From NCBI GenBank assembly GCA_964247055.1, contig OZ176053.1, positions 3,782,001 through 3,846,000 on the forward strand: a stretch of 64,000 bases of DNA, in the 5' to 3' direction. The position numbers were made by a program, and so were the translations under genes. Numbering within the stretch: the stretch's first letter is position 1; every line of letters starts with the position of its first letter. Shown here piece after piece: positions 41,401 through 56,400 of this stretch. The notes under the pieces were generated by a model that was given only the letters and a program-made list of their open reading frames with translations, ran no database searches and was not told the origin of the DNA. The stretch is from Paragordius varius (Eukaryota > Animalia > Nematomorpha).

Positions 41401-44400
41401 AATCAACCATACCTCTTTAACAATCAAATTATATTAACCATGATTGTATGGGTAATTACAACAATCAACCATACCTCTTTAACAATCAAATTATATTAAC
41501 CATGATTGTATGGGTAATTACAACATTCAACCATACCTCTTTAACAATAAAATTATATTAACCATGATTGTATGGGTAATTACAACAATCAACCATACCT
41601 CTTTAACAATCAAATTATATTAACCATGATTGTATGGGTAATTACAACAATCAACCATACCTCTTTAACAATCAAATTATATTAACCATGATTGTATGGG
41701 TAATTACAACATTCAACCATACCTCTTTAACAATAAAATTATATTAACCATGATTGTATGGGTAATTACAACAATCAACCATACCTCTTTAACAATCAAA
41801 TATATTAACCATGATTGTATGGATAATTACAACAATTAATCATACCTCTTTAACAATCAAATTATATTAACCATGATTGTATGGGTAATTACAACAATCA
41901 ACCATACCTCTTTAACAATAAAATTATTTTAACCATGAATGTATGGGTAATTACAACATTCAACCATACCTCTTTAACAACAAAATTATATTAACCATGA
42001 ATATATGGGTAATTACAACAATCAACCATACCTCTTTAACAATCAAATTATATTAACCATGAATATATGGGTAATTACAACAATCAACCATACCTCCTTA
42101 ACAATCAAATATATTAACCATGATTGTATGGGTAATTACAACATTCTACCATACCTCTTTAACAATAAAATTATATTAACCATGAATATATGGGTAATTA
42201 CAACAATCAACCATACCTCTTTAACAATCAAATATATTAACCATGATTGTATGGGTAATTACAACAATCACCATACCTCTTTAACAATCAAATTATATTA
42301 ACCATGATTGTATGGATAATTACAACAATCATCCATACCTCTTTAACAATCAAATTATATTAACCATGAATGTATGGGTAATTACAACAATCAACCATAC
42401 CTCTTTAACAATAAAATTATATTAACCATGAATGTATGGGTAATTACAACAATCAACCATATCTCTTACACAATCAAATTATATTAACCATGATTGTATG
42501 GGTAATTACAACAATCAACCATACCTCTTACACAATAAAATTATATTAACCATGAATGTATGGGTAATTACAACATTCAACCATACCTCTTTAACAAAGA
42601 TTTGTTATTGATTTGAGCACATCGATCCACCGCTTTTTGGGTCGGCCCCTTCTGCGGGTGCCATCTACCAACCCAAAGAGTATGCCTTTTCTAGCGAGTC
42701 GGATCGCAGGATATGGCCCAGATATTTTAGCTGTTTAAAGGTTATTAAATCGTAAAGTAAAAATTCGGGTTTAATGAATTTGAGTATGTAAGAATTGGAG
42801 ATGTGGGCTTTCCAGGAGATTCTCAATATTTTTCGAAAGCACCACATTTGAAAAGAGTTTATGCGGGCTTTGTCAATGGAATTGCATATCCATGATTCGG
42901 ACCCATAAATTGCCACGGGGTATATCATCGCCTTCAGGATGGCAAGTTTAGTTGGAAGTCTTATGACCGACGAGTTCCAAATTTTGGACAGTTTACCCAT
43001 AGTGGCTCGTCCCAATGCTAGTCGTGCTCGTATGTCGGGGTCCGAGCTACCGTCGGATGTAATTATGGAGCCTAGGTATTTACAGTGATCGGTTAGTTCG
43101 ATGGGGGAGTTATTGATTGTAAATGGTAGTTGTGGAGCGTATAGGATAATTATTTTAGATTTAGCTGGGTTCAGCTTAAGACCCATCAAACTTGCTTCGA
43201 TGGTGAGATTATTTAAAAGATAGGTCATGTCCGTGTAGGATTCTGACAAGAGAATGGTGTCATCGGCGTACCGGAGATTGCAAATAGTAAGACCACCGAT
43301 CCGTGCCCCAATATGTTGTGGAAAGTTACAATTGCGTATTAATGTTTCTGTGTATAAGTTAAATAGGAGGGGAGAAAGGACACATCCTTGTCTCACACCT
43401 CTGAGAATAGGAAACCAGTTGGTGGGACCGAATTGAGTTTTTATCGCACCATGAATGTATGGGTAATTACAACATTCAACCATACCTCTTTAACAATAAA
43501 ATTATATTAACCATGAATGTATGGGTAATTACAACATTCAACCATACCTCTTTAACAATCAAATTATATATACCATGATTGTATGGGTAATTACAACAAT
43601 CAACCATACCTCTTTAACAATAAAATTATATTAACCATGATTGTATGGGTAATTACAACAATCAACCATACCTCTTTAACAATAAAATTATATTAACCAT
43701 GAATATATGGGTAATTACAACAATCAACCATATCTCTTACACAATTAAATTATATTAACCATGATTGTATGGGTAATTACAACAATCAACCATACCTCTT
43801 TAACAATAAAATTATATTAACCATGATTGTATGGGTAATTACAACAATCAACCATACCTCTTTAACAATAAAATTATATTAACCATGATTGTATGGGTAA
43901 TTACAACAATCAACCATATCTCTTACACAATCAAATTATATTAACCATGATTGTATGGGTAATTACAACAATCAACCATACCTCTTTAACAATAAAATTA
44001 TATTAACCATGATTGTATGGGTAATTACAACAATTAACCATACCTCTTTAACAATAAAATTATATTAACCATGAATATATGGGTAATTACAACAATCAAC
44101 CATATCTCTTACACAATTAAATTATATTAACCATGATTGTATGGGTAATTACAACAATCAACCATACCTCTTTAACAATAAAATTATATTAACCATGATT
44201 GTATGGGTAATTACAACAATCAACCATACCTCTTTAACAATAAAATTATATTAACCATGATTGTATGGGTAATTACAACAATCAACCATACCTCTTTAAC
44301 AATAAAATTATATTAACCATGAATATATGGGTAATTACAACAATCAACCATACCTCTTTAACAATAAAATTATATTAACCATGATTGTATGGGTAATTAC

Positions 44401-47400
44401 AACAATCAACCATACCTCTTTAACAATAAAATTATATTAACCATGAATGTATGGGTAATTACAACAATCAACCATACCTCTTTAACAATAAAATTATTTT
44501 AACCATGAATGTATGGGTAATTACAACATTCAACCATACCTCTTTAACAATAAAATTATATTAACCATGATTGTATGGGTAATTACAACAATCAACCATA
44601 CCTCTTTAACAATCAAATATATTAACCATGATTGTATGGATAATTACAACAATTAACCATACCTCTTTAACAATCAAATTATATTAACCATGATTGTATG
44701 GGTAATTACAACAATCAACCATACCTCTTTAACAATCAAATTATATTAACCATGATTGTATGGGTAATTACAACAATCAACCATATCTCTTTAACAATAA
44801 AATTATATTAACCATGAATGTATGGGTAATTACAACAATCAACCATACCTCTTTAACAATAAAATTATATTAACCATGATTGTATGGGTAATTACAACAA
44901 TCAACCATACCTCTTTAACAATAAAATTATATTAACCATGAATGTATGGGTAATTACAACAATCAACCATACCTCTTTAACAATAAAATTATTTTAACCA
45001 TGAATGTATGGGTAATTACAACATTCAACCATACCTCTTTAACAATAAAATTATATTAACCATGATTGTATGGGTAATTACAACAATCAACCATACCTCT
45101 TTAACAATCAAATTATATTAACCATGATTGTATGGATAATTACAACAATCAACCATACATCATACACAATCAAATTATATTAACCATGATTGTATGGATA
45201 ATTACAACAATCAACCAAACCTCTTACACAATCAAATTATATTAACCATGATTGTATGGATAATTACAACAATCATCCATACCTCTTTAACAATCAAATT
45301 ATATTAACCATGATTGTATGGATAATTACAACAATCATCCATACCTCTTTAACAATCAAATTATATTAACCATGATTGTATGGGTAATTACAACAATCAA
45401 CCATACATCATACACAATCAAATTATATTAACCATGATTGTATGGGTAATTACAACAATCATCCATACCTCTTAACAATTAAATTATATTAACCATGATT
45501 GTATGGGTAATTACAACAATCAACCATACCTCTTTAAGAATCAAATTATATTAACCATGATTGTATGGGTAATTACAACGATCAACCATACCTCTTAACA
45601 ATTAAATTATATTAACCATGATTGTATGGGTAATTACAACAATCAACCATACATCATACACAATCAAATTATATTAACCATGATTGTATGGATAATTACA
45701 ACAATCAACCATACATCATACACAATCAAATTATATTAACCATGATTGTATGGGTAATTACAACAATCATCCATACCTCTTAACAATTAAATTATATTAA
45801 CCATGATTGTATGGGTAATTACAACAATCAACCATACCTCTTTAAGAATCAAATTATATTAACCATGATTGTATGGGTAATTACAACGATCAACCATACC
45901 TCTTAACAATTAAATTATATTAACCATGATTGTATAGGTAATTACAACAATCAACCATACATCATACACAATCAAATTATATTAACCATGATTGTATGGA
46001 TAATTACAACAATCAACCATACATCATACACAATCAAATTATATTAACCATGATTGTATGGGTAATTACAACAATCATCCATACCTCTTAACAATTAAAT
46101 TATATTAACCATGATTGTATGGGTAATTACAACAATCAACCATACCTCTTTAAGAATCAAATTATATTAACCATGATTGTATGGATAATTACAACAATCA
46201 TCCATACCTCTTTAACAATCAAATTATATTAACCATGATTGTATGGGTAATTACAACAATCAACCATACATCATACACAATCAAATTATATTAACCATGA
46301 TTGTATGGATAATTACAACAATCAACCAAACCTCTTACACAATCAAATTATATTAACCATGATTGTATGGATAATTACAACAATCATCCATACCTCTTTA
46401 ACAATAAAATTATATTAACCATGATTGTATGGATAATTACAACAATCATCCATACCTCTTTAACAATCAAATTATATTAACCATGATTGTATGGGTAATT
46501 ACAACAATCAACCATACATCATACACAATCAAATTATATTAACCATGATTGTATGGATAATTACAACAATCAACCAAACCTCTTACACAATCAAATTATA
46601 TTAACCATGATTGTATGGATAATTACAACAATCAACCAAACCTCTTACACAATCAAATTATATTAACCATGATTGTATGGATAATTACAACAATCATCCA
46701 TACCTCTTTAACAATCAAATTATATTAACCATGATTGTATGGGTAATTACAACAATCAACCATACATCATACACAATCAAATTATATTAACCATGATTGT
46801 ATGGATAATTACAACAATCATCCATACCTCTTTAACAATCAAATTATATTAACCATGATTGTATGGGTAATTACAACAATCAACCATACATCATACACAA
46901 TCAAATTATATTAACCATGATTGTATGGATAATTACAACAATCAACCAAACCTCTTACACAATCAAATTATATTAACCATGATTGTATGGGTAATTACAA
47001 CAATCAACCATACCTCTTTAAGAATCAAATTATATTAACCATGATTGTATGGATAATTACAACAATCATCCATACCTCTTTAACAATCAAATTATATTAA
47101 CCATGATTGTATGGGTAATTACAACAATCAACCATACATCATACACAATCAAATTATATTAACCATGATTGTATGGATAATTACAACAATCAACCAAACC
47201 TCTTACACAATCAAATTATATTAACCATGATTGTATGGATAATTACAACAATCAACCAAACCTCTTACACAATCAAATTATATTAACCATGATTGTATGG
47301 ATAATTACAACAATCATCCATACCTCTTTAACAATCAAATTATATTAACCATGATTGTATGGGTAATTACAACAATCAACCATACATCATACACAATCAA

Positions 47401-50400
47401 ATTATATTAACCATGATTGTATGGATAATTACAACAATCAACCAAACCTCTTACACAATCAAATTATATTAACCATGATTGTATGGATAATTACAACAAT
47501 CAACCATACCTCTTAACAATCAAATTATATTAACCATGATTGTATGGGTAATTACAACAATCAACCATACATCATACACAATCAAATTATATTAACCATG
47601 ATTGTATGGATAATTACAACAATCAACCATACATCATACACAATCAAATTATATTAACCATGATTGTATGGGTAATTACAACAATCATCCATACCTCTTA
47701 ACAATTAAATTATATTAACCATGATTGTATGGGTAATTACAACAATCAACCATACCTCTTTAAGAATCAAATTATATTAACCATGATTGTATGGGTAATT
47801 ACAACGATCAACCATACCTCTTAACAATTAAATTATATTAACCATGATTGTATGGGTAATTACAACAATCAACCATACCTCTTACACAATCAAATTATAT
47901 TAACCATGATTGTATGGGTAATTACAACAATCAACCATACCTCTTAACAATTAAATTATATTAACCATGATTGTATGGGTAATTACAACAATCAACCATA
48001 CATCATACACAATCAAATTATATTAACCATGATTGTATGGATAATTACAACAATCAACCATACCTCTTAACAATCAAATTATATTAACCATGATTGTATG
48101 GGTAATTACAACAATCAACCATACATCATACACAATCAAATTATATTAACCATGATTGTATGGATAATTACAACAATCAACCATACATCATACACAATCA
48201 AATTATATTAACCATGATTGTATGGGTAATTACAACAATCATCCATACCTCTTAACAATTAAATTATATTAACCATGATTGTATGGGTAATTACAACAAT
48301 CAACCATACCTCTTTAAGAATCAAATTATATTAACCATGATTGTATGGGTAATTACAACGATCAACCATACCTCTTAACAATTAAATTATATTAACCATG
48401 ATTGTATGGGTAATTACAACAATCAACCATACCTCTTACACAATCAAATTATATTAACCATGATTGTATGGGTAATTACAACAATCAACCATACCTCTTA
48501 ACAATTAAATTATATTAACCATGATTGTATGGGTAATTACAACAATCAACCATACCTCTTTAACAATAAAATTATATTAACCATGATTGTATGGATAATT
48601 ACAACAATCAACCATACCTCTTACACAATTAAATTATATTAACCATGATTGTATGGGTAATTACAACAATCAACCAAACATTTTTAACAAACAAATTATA
48701 TTAACCATGATTGTATGGATAATTACAACAATCAACCATACCTCTTACACAATTAAATTATATTAACCATGATTGTATGGATAATTACAACAATCAACCA
48801 TACATATTTAACATTCAAATTATATTAACCATGATTGTATGGATAATTACAACAATCAACCATACCTCTTTAACAATAAAATTATATTAACCATGATTGT
48901 ATGGATAACTACAACAATCAACCATACCTCTTTAACAATAAAATTATATTAACCATGATTGTATGGATAATTACAACAATCAACCATACCTCTTTAACAA
49001 TTAAATTATATTAACCATGATTGTATGGGTAATTACAACAATCAACCAAACATTTTTAACAAACAAATTATATTAACCATGATTGTATGGATAATTACAA
49101 CAATCAACCATACCTCTTACACAATTAAATTATATTAACCATGATTGTATGGATAATTACAACAATCAACCAAACATTTTTAACAAACAAATTATATTAA
49201 CCATGATTGTATGGATAATTACAACAATCAACCATACCTCTTACACAATTAAATTATATTAACCATGATTGTATGGGTAATTACAACAATCAACCAAACA
49301 TTTTTAACAAACAAATTATATTAACCATGATTGTATGGATAATTACAACAATCAACCATACCTCTTACACAATTAAATTATATTAACCATGATTGTATGG
49401 ATAACTACAACAATCAACCATACCTCTTTAACAATAAAATTATATTAACCATGATTGTATGGATAATTACAACAATCAACCATACCTCTTTAACAATTAA
49501 ATTATATTAACCATGATTGTATGGGTAATTACAACAATCAACCAAACATTTTTAACAAACAAATTATATTAACCATGATTGTATGGATAATTACAACAAT
49601 CAACCATACCTCTTTAACAATAAAATTATATTAACCATGATTGTATGGATAATTACAACAATCAACCATACCTCTTTAACAATAAAATTATATTAACCAT
49701 GATTGTATGGATAATTACAACAATCAACCATACCTCTTTAACAATTAAATTATATTAACCATGATTGTATGGATAATTACAACAATCAACCATACATATT
49801 TAACATTCAAATTATATTAACCATGATTGTATGGATAATTACAACAATCAACCATACCTCTTTAACAATAAAATTATATTAACCATGATTGTATGGATAA
49901 CTACAACAATCAACCATACCTCTTTAACAATAAAATTATATTAACCATGATTGTATGGATAATTACAACAATCAACCATACCTCTTTAACAATTAAATTA
50001 TATTAACCATGATTGTATGGGTAATTACAACAATCAACCAAACATTTTTAACAAACAAATTATATTAACCATGATTGTATGGATAATTACAACAATCAAC
50101 CATACCTCTTACACAATTAAATTATATTAACCATGATTGTATGGATAATTACAACAATCAACCAAACATTTTTAACAAACAAATTATATTAACCATGATT
50201 GTATGGATAATTACAACAATCAACCATACCTCTTACACAATTAAATTATATTAACCATGATTGTATGGGTAATTACAACAATCAACCAAACATTTTTAAC
50301 AAACAAATTATATTAACCATGATTGTATGGATAATTACAACAATCAACCATACCTCTTACACAATTAAATTATATTAACCATGATTGTATGGATAATTAC

Positions 50401-53400
50401 AACAATCAACCATACATATTTAACATTCAAATTATATTAACCATGATTGTATGGATAATTACAACAATCAACCATACCTCTTTAACAATAAAATTATATT
50501 AACCATGATTGTATGGATAACTACAACAATCAACCATACCTCTTTAACAATAAAATTATATTAACCATGATTGTATGGATAATTACAACAATCAACCATA
50601 CCTCTTACACAATTAAATTATATTAACCATGATTGTATGGGTAATTACAACAATCAACCAAACATTTTTAACAAACAAATTATATTAACCATGATTGTAT
50701 GGATAATTACAACAATCAACCATACCTCTTTAACAATAAAATTATATTAACCATGATTGTATGGATAACTACAACAATCAACCATACCTCTTTAACAATA
50801 AAATTATATTAACCATGATTGTATGGATAATTACAACAATCAACCATACCTCTTACACAATTAAATTATATTAACCATGATTGTATGGGTAATTACAACA
50901 ATCAACCAAACATTTTTAACAAACAAATTATATTAACCATGATTGTATGGATAATTACAACAATCAACCATACCTCTTTAACAATAAAATTATATTAACC
51001 ATGATTGTATGGATAACTACAACAATCAACCATACCTCTTTAACAATAAAATTATATTAACCATGATTGTATGGATAATTACAACAATCAACCATACCTC
51101 TTACACAATTAAATTATATTAACCATAATTGTATGGGTAATTACAACAATCAACCAAACATTTTTAACAAACAAATTATATTAACCATGATTGTATGGAT
51201 AATTACAACAATCAACCATACCTCTTACACAATTAAATTATATTAACCATGATTGTATGGGTAATTACAACAATCAACCAAACATTTTTAACAAACAAAT
51301 TATATTAACCATGATTGTATGGATAATTACAACAATCAACCATACCTCTTACACAATTAAATTATATTAACCATGATTGTATGGATAACTACAACAATCA
51401 ACCATACCTCATTAACAATAAAATTATATTAACCATGATTGTATGGATAACTACAACAATCAACCATACCTCTTTAACAATAAAATTATATTAACCATGA
51501 TTGTATGGATAACTACAACAATCAACCATACCTCTTTAACAATAAAATTATATTAACCATGATTGTATGGATAATTACAACAATCAACCATACATCTTAC
51601 ACAATTAAATTATATTAACCATGATTGTATGGGTAATTACAACAATCACCATACATCTTTAACAATCAAATTATATTAACCATTATTGTATGGGTAATTA
51701 CAACAATCACCATACCTCTTTAACAATCAAATTATATTAACCATGAATGTATGGGTAATTACAACAATCACCATACCTCTTTAACAATCAAATTATATTA
51801 ACCATTATTGTATGGGCAATTACAACAATCACCATAAATCTTTAACAATCAAATTATATTAACCATTATTGTATGGGCAATTACAACAATCACCATACAT
51901 CTTTAACAATCAAATTATATTAACCATTATTGTATGGGTAATTACAACAATCACCATACATCTTTAACAATCAAATTATATTAACCATTATTGTATGGGT
52001 AATTACAACAATCACCATACCTCTTTAACAATCAAATTATATTAACCATGAATGTATGGGTAATTACAACAATCACCATACCTCTTTAACAATCAAATTA
52101 TATTAACCATGATTGTATGGGTAATTACAACAATCACCATACCTCTTTAACAATCAAATTATATTAACCATTATTGTATGGGTAATTACAACAATCACCA
52201 TACATCTTTAACAATCAAATTATATTAACCATGATTGTATGGGTAATTACAACAATCACCATACATCTTTAACAATCAAATTATATTAACCATGATTGTA
52301 TGGGTAATTACAACAATCACCATACCTCTTTAACAATCAAATTATATTAACCATGATTGTATGGGCAATTACAACAATCACCATACATCTTTAACAATCA
52401 AATTATATTAACCATGATTGTATGGGTAATTACAACAATCAACCATACCTCTTTAACAATCAAATTATATTAACCATGATTGTATGGGTAATTACAACAA
52501 TCAACCATACCTCTTTAACAATCAAATTATATTAACCATGATTGTATGGGCAATTACAACAATCATCCATACCTCTTTCAAAATCAAATTATATTAACCA
52601 TGATTGTATGGGTAATTACAACAATCACCATACATCTTTAACAATCAAATTATATTAACCATGATTGTATGGGCAATTACAACAATCATCCATACCTCTT
52701 TCAAAATCAAATTATATTAACCATTATTGTATGGGTAATTACAACAATCACCATACATCTTTAACAATCAAATTATATTAACCATGATTGTATGGGTAAT
52801 TACAACAATCTCCATACATCTTTAACAATCAAATTATATTAACCATTATTGTATGGGTAATTACAACAATCACCATACATCTTTAACAATCAAATTATAT
52901 TAACCATGATTGTATGGGCAATTACAACAATCACCATACATCTTTAACAATCAAATTATATTAACCATGATTGTATGGGCAATTACAACAATCATCCATA
53001 CCTCTTTCAAAATCAAATTATATTAACCATGATTGTATGGGTAATTACAACAATCAACCATACATCTTTAACAATCAAATTATATTAACCATTATTGTAT
53101 GGGTAATTACAACAATCACCATACATCTTTAACAATCAAATTATATTAACCATGATTGTATGGGCAATTACAACAATCACCATACATCTTTAACAATCAA
53201 ATTATATTAACCATGATTGGATGGTTAATTACAACAATCAACCATACCTCTTACACAATCAAATTATATTAACCATGATTGTATGGATAATTACAACAAT
53301 CAACCATACATCTTTAACAATCAAATTATATTAACCATGATTGTATGGGCAATTACAACAATCAACCATACCTCTTTAACACTTAAATTATATTAACCAT

Positions 53401-56400
53401 GATTGTATGGGTAATTACAACAATCAACCATACCTCTTTAACACTTAAATTATATTATTGTATGGGTAATTACAACAATCAACCATACCTCTTTAACACT
53501 TAAATTATATTAACCATGATTGTATGGGTAATTACAACAATCAACCATACCTCTTTAACACTTAAATTATATTAACCATGATTGTATGGGTAATTACAAC
53601 AATCAACCATACCTCTTTAACACTTAAATTATATTAACCATGATTGTATGGGTAATTACAACAATCAACCATACCTCTTTAACACTTAAATTATATTAAC
53701 CATGATTGTATGGGTAATTACAACAATCATCCATACCTCTTTAACAATTAAATTATATTAACCATGATTGTATGGTTAAACAATCATCCATACCTCTTTA
53801 ACAATCAAATTATATTAACCATGATTGTATGGGTAATTACAACAATCAACCATACCTCTTTAACACTTAAATTATATTAACCATGATTGTATGGGTAATT
53901 ACAACAATCAACCATACCTCTTTAACACTTAAATTATATTAACTATGATTGTATGGGTAATTACAACAATCAACCATACCTCTTTAACACTTAAATTATA
54001 TTAACTATGATTGTATGGGTAATTACAACAATCAACCATACCTCTTTAACACTTAAATTATATTAACTATGATTGTATGGGTAATTACAACAATCAACCA
54101 TACCTCTTTAACACTTAAATTATATTAACCATGATTGTATGGGTAATTACAACAATCAACCATACCTCTTTAACACTTAAATTATATTAACCATGATTGT
54201 ATGGGTAATTACAACAATCAACCATACCTCTTTAACACTTAAATTATATTAACCATGATTGTATGGGTAATTACAACAATCAACCATACCTCTTTAACAC
54301 TTAAATTATATTAACCATGATTGTATGGGTAATTACAACAATCAACCATACCTCTTTAACAATCAAATTATATTAACCATGATTGTATGGGTAATTACAA
54401 CAATCAACCATACCTCTTTAACACTTAAATTATATTAACCATGATTGTATGGGTAATTACAACAATCAACCATACCTCTTTAACACTTAAATTATATTAA
54501 CCATGATTGTATGGGTAATTACAACAATCAACCATACCTCTTTAACACTTAAATTATATTAACCATGATTGTATGGGTAATTACAACAATCAACCATACC
54601 TCTTTAACAATCAAATTATATTAACCATGATTGTATGGGTAATTACAACAATCAACCATACCTCTTTAATAATCAAATTATATTAACCATGAATGTATGG
54701 GTAATTACAACAATCAGCCATACCTCTTACATAAACAATTTATATTAACCATGATTGTATGGGCAATTACAAACAATCAACCATACCTCTTTAACACTTA
54801 AATTATATTAACCATGATTGTATGGGTAATTACAACAATCAACCATACCTCTTACGCAATCAAATTATATTAACCATGATTGTATGGACAATTACAACAA
54901 TCAACCATACCTCTTACACAATCAAATTATATTAACCATGAATGTATGGGTAATTACAACAATCAACCATACATCTTTAACAATCAAATTATATTAACCA
55001 TGATTGTATGGATAATTACAACAATCAACCATACCTCTTACACAAACAATTTATATTAACCATGATTGTATGGACAATTACAACAATCAACCATACCTCT
55101 TACACAATCAAATTATATTAACCATGATTGTATGGGCAATTACAACAATCAACCATACCTCTTACACAATCAAATTATATTAACCATGATTGTATGGGCA
55201 ATTACAACAATCAACCATACCTCTTACACAATCAAATTATATTAACCATGAATGTATGGGTAATTACAACAATCAACCATACATCTTTAACAATCAAATT
55301 ATATTAACCATGATTGTATGGATAATTACAACAATCAACCATACCTCTTACACAAACAATTTATATTAACCATGATTGTATGGACAATTACAACAATCAA
55401 CCATACCTCTTACACAATCAAATTATATTAACCATGATTGTATGGATAATTACAACAATCAATCATACATCTTTAACAATCAAATTATATTAACCATGAT
55501 TGTATGGGCAATTACAACAATCAACCATACCTCTTTAACACTTAAATTATATTAACCATGATTGTATGGGTAATTACAACAATCAACCATACCTCTTAAC
55601 AATCAAATTATATTAACCATGATTGTATGGATAATTACAACAATCAACCATACATCTTTAACAAACAATTTATATTAACCATGATTGTGTGGACAATTAC
55701 AACAATCAACCATACCTCTTACACAATCAAATTATATTAACCATAATTGTATGGATAATTACAACAATCAATCATACATCTTTAACAATCAAATTATATT
55801 AACCATGATTGTATGGGCAATTACAACAATCAACCATACCTCTTTAACACTTAAATTATATTAACCATGATTGTATGGGTAATTACAACAATCAACCATA
55901 CCTCTTTAACACTTAAATTATATTATTGTATGGGTAATTACAACAATCAACCATACCTCTTTAACACTTAAATTATATTAACCATGATTGTATGGGTAAT
56001 TACAACAATCAACCATACCTCTTTAACACTTAAATTATATTAACCATGATTGTATGGGTAATTACAACAATCAACCATACCTCTTTAACACTTAAATTAT
56101 ATTAACCATGATTGTATGGGTAATTACAACAATCAACCATACCTCTTTAACACTTAAATTATATTAACCATGATTGTATGGGTAATTACAACAATCATCC
56201 ATACCTCTTTAACAATTAAATTATATTAACCATGATTGTATGGTTAAACAATCATCCATACCTCTTTAACAATCAAATTATATTAACCATGATTGTATGG
56301 GTAATTACAACAATCAACCATACCTCTTTAACACTTAAATTATATTAACCATGATTGTATGGGTAATTACAACAATCAACCATACCTCTTTAACACTTAA

